DNA of 64,000 bases, taken from assembly GCA_965243025.1 (NCBI GenBank), contig CBDETY010000003.1:6176001-6240000 (forward strand), given 5' to 3'. Made by a program: the position numbers and the translations under genes. The notes under the pieces were generated by a model. It was not told the origin of the DNA. It searched no databases and saw only the letters and a program-made list of their open reading frames with translations. This document shows positions 26,011 through 35,295 of the stretch, piece by piece. Each line of letters starts with the position of its first letter. Position 1 is the first letter of the stretch. This DNA is from Candidatus Latescibacterota bacterium. Lineage in GTDB: Bacteria > Latescibacterota > UBA2968 > UBA8231.

Positions 26011-28932
26011 CTACATCCCCCCGGGCGGCGTGAGTCGCCCCCCTTCCTCTCCTGCCCGCTTCTCTCCCAGTTTCTCCCGGATCCTGGCGTAGGCCGCCTG
26101 CACGGACTCCCTCGCCGGCCCGGAATCGCCGGCGAGATCCCTGGCCCGGCCGAAAACCTCCAGAGCGAGATCCGCGTTCCCCATCTCGGCGTGCAGGTAG
26201 GCCAGCGACAGAAAGGCCTTGAGGAATCGCGGGGCCGTCTCCGTCAGTCGTTCGAACGTCTCCCGCGCATCTTCCCAGCGCCCTGAACGGGCGTACTCAT
26301 TTCCCAGTCTCCAGCGCACCTCGAAGTCCCGCGGTCGGACGCGCAGATGCGCCTTCATCTGCGAGATCAGCTGATCGCTGAAATGGCGGACGAAGAAGGC
26401 GGCGGTGCGGTCTTCCGGATTGACCGCCAGGGCCTTTCGGTACTCGGCGAGGGCTGCCCTGCCCCGTTTCCGCATGCGCAGGAGATCGGCCTGCAGGACG
26501 TGTCCCCTGCCGAGATGATACGCCTCGAGGCGGCGCTCGATTTCGGCGGCCGGCAGCGGGCCCCGGCCGGCGTTGCGCAACAGGGGAAACACCCGCACGC
26601 GGTGTCCACCCGCCTCCTGAAGAACTTCCCAGCCCGTTTTCCGGAATCCCCGTTCCCCGGCGTAGCTGATGTGAGGCCGGTCGTCGCTGTTCAGAGGCCC
26701 TTCTCCCGTATACTGGCGCAGGGTGCCCGCGTCCATCAGGAAGCAGCTCATGATCGCGAACGGGTCGCCGAGGTCCACCGCTTCGAGGCTGCGCCGGACC
26801 TTCGGGGCGCGCAGCTTCTGCCGCAGTTGATTCCAGTCGAGGAACAGCGGTTTCACGGTGCCGGTAACCACGGTGTAGTCGTTGGTCAGCCACAGTGAAG
26901 CGTGGGGGAACACCGACTGAAAGGTGCGCAGGATGGTCTTGTAATCCTCCGGTGCAAGCCCGTGCAGCGGCAGCCACTGAGCCATGATTCCGTCATCGGC
27001 GAGGTGGTCCCTGCACAGTTCGTAGAAATCGCGCGTGTAGAGCATCCAGCTGTCGGCGCTGGTCGGGTGGGTCGCGTCTCCGGTGATGACGTCGTAGACC
27101 CTGTCGCTGCGAAGCAGGAAGTTGCGGCCGTCGTCGGCGATGATGTCCACGCGGGCGGCTTCGAGGCTGTCGAGGATGTTGTGGTTGAACTCGGCGAAGT
27201 GGTCCCTGGCGGCGTTCATCACCTCCGGGACGATCTCGACACACTCGATGCGCCGCGCCTCGTGCTGGGCGACGCCGCCGAGGGCGATGCCCCCCCCGAA
27301 CGCCACGACGAGGGCGTCCTGCGGATCCGGGTGCAGCAGCATCGGCAGGTGGCCGAGCAACCGGAACAGTTGTACGGAGGCGTAGTCGCTGGGTACCTGG
27401 CCGCCCCCGTTGACCATGAGACGCCGGTACCCGTCCGCCGACCTGTCGACGGTGACGATCCCGGCGATTCCCTCCTCGTAATGGACGAGCTCGGCGTCGC
27501 GGGAGGTGCTCGAGGCGCGCACGAGAACGTCCGGCGGGGTCGTCAGGAGGATCGCCGCGGCCGCCCCCACGGCGATTGTCCCGAAGCCGGATTTCCAGCG
27601 CGGCGAGCGGCGGGGGTGAAGGCCCAGCACGACAAGCCCGATCCCCAGGTTGAGTCCCGCGAGAACGTGCACCGTGCGCTCGGTACCGATGAGCGGCATC
27701 AACACGAACCCGGCTGCAAATGCACCTCCTATGGCACCGAGACTGTTGGCCGCCCCGACGTCCCCGACGCCGCGTCCCACCCGGTCGAGGCCGCTCGTGT
27801 AGATGCGGCTCACCACCGGGAAGGCTGCACCCATCAACAACGCGGGTACCGTGATGATCGCCGCGGAAACGGCAAAGACGCCCCCCCTGAACCCCCACCA
27901 GCTCTCCGCGGAGCGGACCGAGGCGATCCAGGAGGGCAGGGCGGCGAATACCGGAATGGAGAGCAGGGCCAACAGGCCGATGAAGATCTCGACCGCGGCG
28001 AAAGCGAGTGCCAGGTCGCGGATCCGGTCGAGGAAGCGGCTGCAGGCGAAGCTTCCCAGCGACAGCCCCAGGAGAAAAGCGACGAGGATGATGCTGAATT
28101 CGTAGTGCGAGTTGGCGGCAAAGGCGAGGGTCAGCATTCGGGTCCAGGCGACTTCGTACCCGAGCGCGGCGAAACCGGAAAGGGCGAAGCCGGCGAGCAC
28201 CCACTTCACGAGGTTCGCCGGCATGGCCGGGGCAGGGTCCGGGGCATCTTCCGCGACCGCACCGGTGGCGGCCCCGCCTTTTCCTGCCGCCATCGGGGTC
28301 CTGCCGAGCCGGAATGCCAGGCCTCCGACTGCGAGGTTGCCGCACGCCATGGCGTAGCACGTTCCCCTGAGCCCCAGCGCCTCCATAAGGAGGAAGGTCG
28401 CCGCCAGCACTCCGGCGACGGCGCCGAGGGTGTTCACGGCGTACAATCCGCCGACGCCGGCGCCGAGACGGCTGTAGCGGCGCACCAGCATTCGCGACAT
28501 CACCGGCAGAGTAGCCCCCATGAACGACACCGGCACCAGCAGGAGGAGGAAGCTCAAACCGAAACGGACCAGGGAAAGCATGTAGAAGCTCCCCCGCGGA
28601 AGCCACGCGTGCGTGGTCCCGAGAAGGAGTTCGACGAGGTGCGGAAAAACCAGGGCGTACAGCCCGATGCCGATTTCCAGAATTCCGAAAACGCGCAGGG
28701 GACGTTCCCGGGCGTCGATCCACCTGCCGAAGACGAAGCTGCCCAACGCCAGTCCCGCCATGAAGGCGCTGAGCACCGTGCTCACCGCCAGGGAGGTGGT
28801 GCCGAACACGACGCCGAGCATGCGCGCCCATACCACCTGGTAGACGAGGCCGAACGCCCCCGAGGCGAAGAACAGCAGGGGAACTGCCCAGGCCAGTCCC
28901 CGGTCGATCTCCAACTGCCTTTCCCGCGTCAT
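26011..28932 (-). CDS. Fused membrane (MFS-like) / spermidine-synthase-like SAM-fold protein with C-terminal TPRs
   Basis: FFASGA.GLVYQVVW.R; YAVNTLGA; CVEIVPEV; DDGRNFL; YDVI..D; YTRDFY; QWLP. Confidence 0.9.
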   Translation of the reverse strand: MTRERQLEIDRGLAWAVPLLFFASGAFGLVYQVVWARMLGVVFGTTSLAVSTVLSAFMAGLALGSFVFGRWIDARERPLRVFGILEIGIGLYALVFPHLVELLLGTTHAWLPRGSFYMLSLVRFGLSFLLLLVPVSFMGATLPVMSRMLVRRYSRLGAGVGGLYAVNTLGAVAGVLAATFLLMEALGLRGTCYAMACGNLAVGGLAFRLGRTPMAAGKGGAATGAVAEDAPDPAPAMPANLVKWVLAGFALSGFAALGYEVAWTRMLTLAFAANSHYEFSIILVAFLLGLSLGSFACSRFLDRIRDLALAFAAVEIFIGLLALLSIPVFAALPSWIASVRSAESWWGFRGGVFAVSAAIITVPALLMGAAFPVVSRIYTSGLDRVGRGVGDVGAANSLGAIGGAFAAGFVLMPLIGTERTVHVLAGLNLGIGLVVLGLHPRRSPRWKSGFGTIAVGAAAAILLTTPPDVLVRASSTSRDAELVHYEEGIAGIVTVDRSADGYRRLMVNGGGQVPSDYASVQLFRLLGHLPMLLHPDPQDALVVAFGGGIALGGVAQHEARRIECVEIVPEVMNAARDHFAEFNHNILDSLEAARVDIIADDGRNFLLRSDRVYDVITGDATHPTSADSWMLYTRDFYELCRDHLADDGIMAQWLPLHGLAPEDYKTILRTFQSVFPHASLWLTNDYTVVTGTVKPLFLDWNQLRQKLRAPKVRRSLEAVDLGDPFAIMSCFLMDAGTLRQYTGEGPLNSDDRPHISYAGERGFRKTGWEVLQEAGGHRVRVFPLLRNAGRGPLPAAEIERRLEAYHLGRGHVLQADLLRMRKRGRAALAEYRKALAVNPEDRTAAFFVRHFSDQLISQMKAHLRVRPRDFEVRWRLGNEYARSGRWEDARETFERLTETAPRFLKAFLSLAYLHAEMGNADLALEVFGRARDLAGDSGPARESVQAAYARIREKLGEKRAGEEGGRLTPPGGM

Positions 28933-28956
28933 GGAAGCGGTGAAGCCGTGAGGGAA

Positions 28957-30918
28957 TCAGCCGTGCAGAATGAAGTGGCCATTGCCGGGAAAAAAGATCC
29001 AGTCGACGAAAAAGGATATTCCCACCCCGAGGAAGTGACCCAGGATGAGGCCGATGAAAAACGGAGCCGCCCTGCGGTAGAGTTCAAACCCTCCGAAACG
29101 CATGATGATCGACTTGGCCGCCCAGGAGAGGAAGATGGCAGCCGCTATATTGCGGATCATCCACAGCGATGCAACCGTCAACCCGATGGGATGCAACGGC
29201 CACCAGGGAAAACGGTACTGCAGAAAGGTCAAAAGCGACATGGCGGCGGCACCCGCTCCGAAGAAGGCCAGTTTCTGGGGGTGGAGCCCGGCGGGATCCT
29301 TGATCCTTGAGACGACGTCGTTGAACGTCGTGACACCCGCCCCGGAGGAGACCCGGTACACCCACGAGTTGAAGTTCGATGCGCCCAGGTCGTACCCCAT
29401 GTACAGGATGTTGGCGATGGCGAGGGCGAAGCCGGTTATCACCGCAAGGAGGATCGCCGCGCACAGTCCGCGCCCTCTGAGGCGCATGAATCCGTGCAAT
29501 CGCCCGGCGTGAGCCGCGGCGGGCATGAAGATCGACTGCACGTCGCCGAAGAAGGAATAGGTCAGTCCGAGAGCGACCAGCCCCTGCGGGGCGATCGAGG
29601 CTGTCCCCAGGGTCATCATCGTCATGGCCTGGGATACGACAGGTGTCGTCAGGTAGTACAGGCCGGCCTGAATCACCAGGCGTGTGATGCCGAGGTAGGC
29701 GATCAGCACGCCGGCCAGAAACATCGTCGCGACGGCCCACGACATCCCCGCCTGGAGCAGCCAGCACAGCATGTAGGCCAGGCCGAGTATCACCGCCAGA
29801 ACCGCGGTGCGGTAGGAGAGCAACTCCCTTTCGCCGCCGGAACCGCGGGGACGCCACGCCTGCCTCAAAACCTCCAGAAGATGGCGGCGGGCCATCCACA
29901 ACCCCCACAGGACCATGACGACGAAAGCCCCCCAGGACTGCCAGGACACCGACGGCAGGCCCCACACGAACCAGTCGCTTTCCGTAACTCCGAGTCCGAG
30001 GCGGGTAAAGATCCCCTCTTCGAGCATCGACAGGAGAAAGAAGAACCAGATGCTGAACGAAACATTGAGGTTGACGAAATACATGAAACCGACGACGGGG
30101 AAATTCAGCCTGACGTTGAGGGTGGGGAAGGATCTGGCGAGCTGGATCGAATAGTGCCAGTCGATATCGGGGAAGAAGTGGTAGAAGAAGCCGACAATGT
30201 TCCAGAAGACGACGACCAGCGGCACCGCCGCGCCCGCCCACAGGAGGCGGCTCCGCAGGATACCCGGAAGCCGGCCCCCGTCGCTTTCCAACAGGAGCGC
30301 CCTCGGGACCTCCATCAACGGGAAGGCCAGCCGCTCGGTCTCCACCCACTGTTTGCGCAGAATGACGACGAGGCAGAACGAGACCAGGTAGAGGGTCCAT
30401 ATGAAGCTCAGCCACCAGAAAAGCGGCATCGCCCATGCGGACAGCAGCGTCCCCCACGGGATTTCCCGGCCGGGCGGAAGGCCCTCGAAGAACCACGTCA
30501 TCGCCATTCCCTCGTTGCCGGGAACGAGGAACGCCGGCAGGTGGGGAAGTATGTACTGCCCCCATTGATTCTCGGGGGAGGCGAAGTAATGGGGTGTGGT
30601 GGGAATGGCGAGAAGGTAGCCGCAGATGAAAGCGGGGATTCCGGTTGCCACCAGGCCCATCACCATGATGGTGACGAGTTCGGATGGACGCAGGGCCCAG
30701 CTTCGCCGCAGGGTCCCCGCGGCTGCGTTGAGCAGGATCAGGCAGATGAAGGGAAACCCGACGCCGACGGGGAAGAACGACCAGGTGATTTCCGAGGACC
30801 CGAGGGTCCAGATCGAAAACGGGCCACCGACGCAGATGGCGAAGACCAGCAGAAGCCCGATGAGAAGGGAGCGTGCCGTCAAACCTCCGCCCGTGCCGCT
30901 GCTGTCGGGCTCCGCCAT
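28957..30918 (-). CDS. DUF6785/DUF6784-type OPT-like membrane protein
   Basis: Likely start MAEPDS at 30918 (the track's longer ORF overlaps the upstream gene); ILRKQW.E.ERL.FPL; WWPLHPIG; PFFIGLILG. Confidence 0.8.
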   Translation of the reverse strand: MAEPDSSGTGGGLTARSLLIGLLLVFAICVGGPFSIWTLGSSEITWSFFPVGVGFPFICLILLNAAAGTLRRSWALRPSELVTIMVMGLVATGIPAFICGYLLAIPTTPHYFASPENQWGQYILPHLPAFLVPGNEGMAMTWFFEGLPPGREIPWGTLLSAWAMPLFWWLSFIWTLYLVSFCLVVILRKQWVETERLAFPLMEVPRALLLESDGGRLPGILRSRLLWAGAAVPLVVVFWNIVGFFYHFFPDIDWHYSIQLARSFPTLNVRLNFPVVGFMYFVNLNVSFSIWFFFLLSMLEEGIFTRLGLGVTESDWFVWGLPSVSWQSWGAFVVMVLWGLWMARRHLLEVLRQAWRPRGSGGERELLSYRTAVLAVILGLAYMLCWLLQAGMSWAVATMFLAGVLIAYLGITRLVIQAGLYYLTTPVVSQAMTMMTLGTASIAPQGLVALGLTYSFFGDVQSIFMPAAAHAGRLHGFMRLRGRGLCAAILLAVITGFALAIANILYMGYDLGASNFNSWVYRVSSGAGVTTFNDVVSRIKDPAGLHPQKLAFFGAGAAAMSLLTFLQYRFPWWPLHPIGLTVASLWMIRNIAAAIFLSWAAKSIIMRFGGFELYRRAAPFFIGLILGHFLGVGISFFVDWIFFPGNGHFILHG

Positions 30919-30923
30919 TTCCC

Positions 30924-32834
30924 CTACCACGGCACTCCGTGACCGTGACCGAAGAACCAGGTGACATCCACGAAAAAGGAAACACCCACCCCGAAAAAGA
31001 ACCCGGCGACCAGTCCCACGAAAAAGGGCCGCGCCCGGCGGTACGCCGCGATGCCTCCGTAGGCGAGCAGGATGGTCTTGGCCGTCCAGGCCATGAACAC
31101 GGAAAACCCCCCGTACTGGATCATCCACATCGGGGCGAGGGCGATCCCCACCGGATGCAGCGGCCACCAGTGAAAACGGTACTGGCACAGGGCGACCGCG
31201 GAATAGGCGAGCGCTCCGACTGCGGAGTAAAACAGTTTCCCCCAATCGGTTCCGGCAGGGTTGTCCATCTGGCGGATGACGCCGCTGAACGCCATCCTGC
31301 CGATGCCGCCACCGGCTCCGAAGTACCAGGAGCGAAGGTTGCCGGCTCCGTACTCGTGGCAGACGTGCAGGATGTACCAGAAGGCTGATACAAAGCCGAC
31401 CAGGACCGCCGCCGCTATGGCCAGGGACATGAGCCGCCGCCCCCGGGTGATGCGCTCGAGGCGGGAAGCGTGTGCAGCCGAGGGCATGAAGATCGACTGC
31501 ACGTCTCCGTGCCAGGCGTACTGCAGCCCGAGGGGGACGAGGTTGCCGGCTCCCATCGCGGTGCCACTGACCGCGGCGGCGAAGGCCTGGCCGTTCACAG
31601 GGGTGGTCAGGTAGTACATCCCGGTCTGCACGACCAGTCTCGTCATGCCGGTGTAGGCGATCAGCACACCGGCGGTGAACAGGAGCGCGACGTGCAGGTC
31701 GAGACCGGCGGCGCACAGCCAGGCGACGAAGTACGCCAGTCCCAGGATCAGTCCGTACGCGGCAGTCCGGTAACCGAGCATCTCGGAACCGTCGTCGAGG
31801 CGTTTCCCGGGGCTGAAGGTGTGGCGAAATACCGACCGAAGGTGGCGCCTGCCCATCCACAGGCTCCATGCCAGCATTGCGCAGAAAGCGCCCCAGCCCT
31901 GCCACGACAGCGACTGCATGCCCCAGACGAAGGCATCCGGCTGCGTGACGTCATAGCCGATGCGGTTGGTGATTCCCTCCTGGAGGATGGCGACGAGGTA
32001 GAAGAACCAGATGCTGAACGAGATGCCGGTATTGGCAAAGAACATGAACCCCAGGATGGGGGGGACGACGCGGAAGTTCAGGGTGGGGAAACCGTGACCG
32101 AGGGGAAACGGATTGCTCTCCCAGACGGCGAGGTCCGCGAAGCCGGGCTGGAAAAACCGCACCATGCTGAAAAGCACCATCCCGAGGGAAATGGAGAACC
32201 CCGTCCAGAAAACCGGAGATCGGAGAATGGTGCCCCGGCCGGCGCTTCCGTTCTCCAGCAACAGGCGCGGCAGCTCGGTAACCGGGTATACGAGCCGCTC
32301 CTCGTCCTGCCACTGCCGCCTGAGAATCACGACGATGCAGAAACAGATGAAGTAGATGGCGAGCAGGAGGGTGAGCCACCAGAACAGGGGGCCAAGCCAG
32401 AGATGGTAGGGCAGGTCCTGGCCCGAGGGCAGCCCCTCCCAGAACCAGCGAATCGCGTCCCCTTCGGGCTGAGGAACCGCGAAACGGGGAAGGTAGGGCT
32501 GGATCAGCACCCGCCACTGGTTCTCCGGGGTGGCGGCGTAGAAAGGCGCGGAAATCAACGCCATCAGGGTTCCCAGCACGAAAATGGGGATGCCGGTAAC
32601 CACCAGTCCCATCACCAGCATGGTGATCAGCTCCGGGGGGCGGAGCGCCCAGGAGATCCCCGCTCTGCGCAGCAGGGCATTCCCCAGAACGAGGACGACA
32701 AACGGACAGCCGACGGAGGAGGGGAAATAGGACCATGTCGGCTCGGTCGAGCCGACCAGCCATAGGGAATACGGAGAGCCGACGCAGATGCCGATGACCC
32801 ATAACAGGCCGAGGATGATCGCGCGCGTGCTCAC
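30924..32834 (-). CDS. DUF6785/DUF6784-type OPT-like membrane protein, tandem paralog
   Basis: Probable GTG start at 32834; ILRRQW..EERL.YP; WWPLHPVG; PFFVGL..G; GDVQSIFMP.AAHA shared with its neighbour. Confidence 0.8.
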   Translation of the reverse strand: MSTRAIILGLLWVIGICVGSPYSLWLVGSTEPTWSYFPSSVGCPFVVLVLGNALLRRAGISWALRPPELITMLVMGLVVTGIPIFVLGTLMALISAPFYAATPENQWRVLIQPYLPRFAVPQPEGDAIRWFWEGLPSGQDLPYHLWLGPLFWWLTLLLAIYFICFCIVVILRRQWQDEERLVYPVTELPRLLLENGSAGRGTILRSPVFWTGFSISLGMVLFSMVRFFQPGFADLAVWESNPFPLGHGFPTLNFRVVPPILGFMFFANTGISFSIWFFYLVAILQEGITNRIGYDVTQPDAFVWGMQSLSWQGWGAFCAMLAWSLWMGRRHLRSVFRHTFSPGKRLDDGSEMLGYRTAAYGLILGLAYFVAWLCAAGLDLHVALLFTAGVLIAYTGMTRLVVQTGMYYLTTPVNGQAFAAAVSGTAMGAGNLVPLGLQYAWHGDVQSIFMPSAAHASRLERITRGRRLMSLAIAAAVLVGFVSAFWYILHVCHEYGAGNLRSWYFGAGGGIGRMAFSGVIRQMDNPAGTDWGKLFYSAVGALAYSAVALCQYRFHWWPLHPVGIALAPMWMIQYGGFSVFMAWTAKTILLAYGGIAAYRRARPFFVGLVAGFFFGVGVSFFVDVTWFFGHGHGVPW

Positions 32835-32933
32835 GCCAGGCCCGCCGGGCTGCCGGCTGCGGGGGATCCGCCCTCGGGACGAGGACGGACCCGGCAAGCC
32901 ATCTGAGCTTCCGGGGTGCTTCCTGGGAGCCGG

Positions 32934-33755
32934 CTACTCCTCTCTGCGCTCGACAGGTCCGGAGGGACCAACCAGGACCGCCTTGAACCAGGTGCTGTCA
33001 TCGTCGCCGGTTCCATAAAGGATGAAATGGCCTCCGTACGCCCCTCCGTCGGGGTCGCAGTGCACGATTTCGAGGCTGTAAACGTGGCCGACCTCGGGAG
33101 GCCTCCAATCGGGGTCGCTTGCTCCCAGGGTAGGGGCCGTGGCAACGCGGGCCTCCAGGGTGAAGTCACCGGCCGAGGTGTCGGACCGGGTCATGCTGAT
33201 GGCGTAGTCGACGGCGGCGGGCGGAATCGGCTCTTCTATGTAGTTTTTCCCCGGGGAGCCGTGTCGCCACCAGGCCCCGTGGCGGGGCCTGGCGGCATCG
33301 ATGACGAAACAGAAGGCGTTGTCTCCAGTCCCGAACCGCTCGGGTGCCTCGTCGCGCGGCGCCTCCATGAACCAGCAGACCGAGTCCCTGAAGTACCAGC
33401 GCTTATCTTCGGGTTCGGGATCGGTCACGTCGTTGACGTTGTCGACCGCCTCAACCCCGAAGTACAGGTACTCCCTGTCCCATCCCGTGTAGTAGCGGGC
33501 GCGCAGGTCGTCGGCCGGGCGGGGTTCGTTTCCGTGGTCGGTCAGGCGGTTGCGGCGCGGATCGAACCAGGAGGTACGTCGGAGCCGGTCGATATCCCAG
33601 ACCCCGTCGCTGAAAGCGTTGTCTTTCCAGTCGGAGAGGTCGCCGTCGATGACAGGCTTCGTTTCCAGCAGCGGAATGTGGAGGACAGGTTCCCCGCTGA
33701 GTCCGACGGAAGGCAGAAGCGATAGAAAGCAGGCGATGAAGAGCGGTGTGGGCAT
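32934..33755 (-). CDS. Secreted CBM9/DOMON-like sugar-binding protein
   Basis: Signal peptide; PVIDGDLSDW; WD.EYLYFGVEA.D; DSV..F; TLEA.V. Confidence 0.7.
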   Translation of the reverse strand: MPTPLFIACFLSLLPSVGLSGEPVLHIPLLETKPVIDGDLSDWKDNAFSDGVWDIDRLRRTSWFDPRRNRLTDHGNEPRPADDLRARYYTGWDREYLYFGVEAVDNVNDVTDPEPEDKRWYFRDSVCWFMEAPRDEAPERFGTGDNAFCFVIDAARPRHGAWWRHGSPGKNYIEEPIPPAAVDYAISMTRSDTSAGDFTLEARVATAPTLGASDPDWRPPEVGHVYSLEIVHCDPDGGAYGGHFILYGTGDDDSTWFKAVLVGPSGPVERREE

Positions 33756-33989
33756 GAGCGGTTCGGGTTTTCAGAAGTCCGAGGGTGGCGGGTCGAGGGC
33801 AGGGACGATCGACGGCAGCCGACCTCCGGGCAATCGGATATCGGACCGGCTCGAGGATATTCGATGTCCGGGATACCGGGGTGAAAAACAAACCCCGGCT
33901 CATGGAGCTGGCAACCGGTCGCGTTCCGGGGAAACCGGGGGAGTGTCGACTGCCTTTCGGACACCAGGGCCGGGCGCAGGGTGGAAGCG

Positions 33990-35279
33990 ATGAAACGGAT
34001 TGCTGAAAGGGTCCTGTCAAGTGCGGCCGCCGCGGCGCTGGCCGCGACGGGATGGGCCTGCGCCGACCCGGGCAGGCCGGGGCCGGGAGAAGCGGTCGAG
34101 ATCCTGGTGTGGGACTTCGGCGGGGTACCGGGTCACCGCCAGTGGATCCGGCAGGCCGTAAGGGATTTCAACGCCGCTCGCGACGACATCCGCATAGAGA
34201 TCGAAACGCCGGACTGGAAGACACAACGCGAGAGTCTGATCAGTACCACGGTAATCGGAGAAGGGCCGGACGTCATCCGCGTGCACCACAAGTACTCGGT
34301 CGAATTCGGTGAGCTGGGGGGGCTGCTGCCCCTGGAGATGTTCTCCGACTGGCCCGAGGTTCGGCGACGGCTTTTCGAAAACGTGCTCGAGCACGTCCGC
34401 TACCAGGGCAGGCATTACGGTCTTCCGGTCACGATGCTGCCGTTCGTGCTCGCCGCCAACCGCTCGATCCTCGACCGCTACGGAGTGGCGGTTCCGCGCA
34501 CCTGGGGGGAAATGAAAGCGGCCGGGGCGGTGTTGAAGGAACACGGGATCCACGCCTTCACCATGCCGGCCGGCCTCAACCTCGATACGGCTTATCGTTT
34601 CCTGCCCCTGCTGTACGGCGCCGGAGGCCGCGTCTTCAACGAAGACTGGACGAAAGCCGCTTTCAACGGCCCCGCGGGGCGCGCGGCTCTGCAGTTCCTG
34701 GTGGATATGAAGGAAGCCGGGTACATGCCCGCCGCCAGTTCGGCCTACGCCTTCGACGAGAACGCCGCCCACTGGACGACGGGGAGGGCGGCGTTCTCCA
34801 TCGAGGGGCCCTGGTGGCAGGACATCGTGCGCGGGAACTTCGACTTCGACCTGTCGCAGCTGGTGCTCGCCCAGGTGCCGGTCCCGGAGGATCCGCCCGG
34901 GAAGCATCCGTCCCGCACCCTGCTCGACGTGATCATGGTGGCGATCACCGCGTACACTCCGCATCCGCAAGAGGCCTGGACGGTCCTGAAGGCGCTCAAT
35001 TTCGACGACCCGGTCTGGAAGGTGCCCGACCCGAAGATGGGAGGGCTGCCCACCTACCGGGACGCGTACGGCCCCGGGGTGGAGCCGCGTTACATCGGCC
35101 TCGATCAGCTGGAAGCGGCGGGAAGGAACGGCCTGGGGTGGCCGGGGCACCCGGCGATCACCGAGATTCAGCGCCATATTTCCGATGCCGTGAACCGGGC
35201 CATGACCGGCGTGATGACGCCCCGGGAAGCCCTCGACCACGCCGCCGCACAAGTCGACGAGCTGCTCGCCGACTATTGA
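33990..35279 (+). CDS. Carbohydrate ABC transporter substrate-binding lipoprotein
   Basis: Lipobox GWA-C; GPDV; G.L.PL; Y.G..YGLP; P.TW.E; G.AA..I.GPW. Confidence 0.92.
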   Translation: MKRIAERVLSSAAAAALAATGWACADPGRPGPGEAVEILVWDFGGVPGHRQWIRQAVRDFNAARDDIRIEIETPDWKTQRESLISTTVIGEGPDVIRVHHKYSVEFGELGGLLPLEMFSDWPEVRRRLFENVLEHVRYQGRHYGLPVTMLPFVLAANRSILDRYGVAVPRTWGEMKAAGAVLKEHGIHAFTMPAGLNLDTAYRFLPLLYGAGGRVFNEDWTKAAFNGPAGRAALQFLVDMKEAGYMPAASSAYAFDENAAHWTTGRAAFSIEGPWWQDIVRGNFDFDLSQLVLAQVPVPEDPPGKHPSRTLLDVIMVAITAYTPHPQEAWTVLKALNFDDPVWKVPDPKMGGLPTYRDAYGPGVEPRYIGLDQLEAAGRNGLGWPGHPAITEIQRHISDAVNRAMTGVMTPREALDHAAAQVDELLADY

Positions 35280-35295
35280 GAAACCGGATACCCGC

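Noticed and set aside
28957-31905. 982-aa ORF as one protein
   Set aside because: The first 329 codons overlap the paralog in another frame and are Arg/Pro noise; the real start is about 30918.
33830-33880. Three GGATA repeats in the divergent promoter region as an operator
   Set aside because: Short, irregularly spaced (19 and 16 nt) and compatible with chance.
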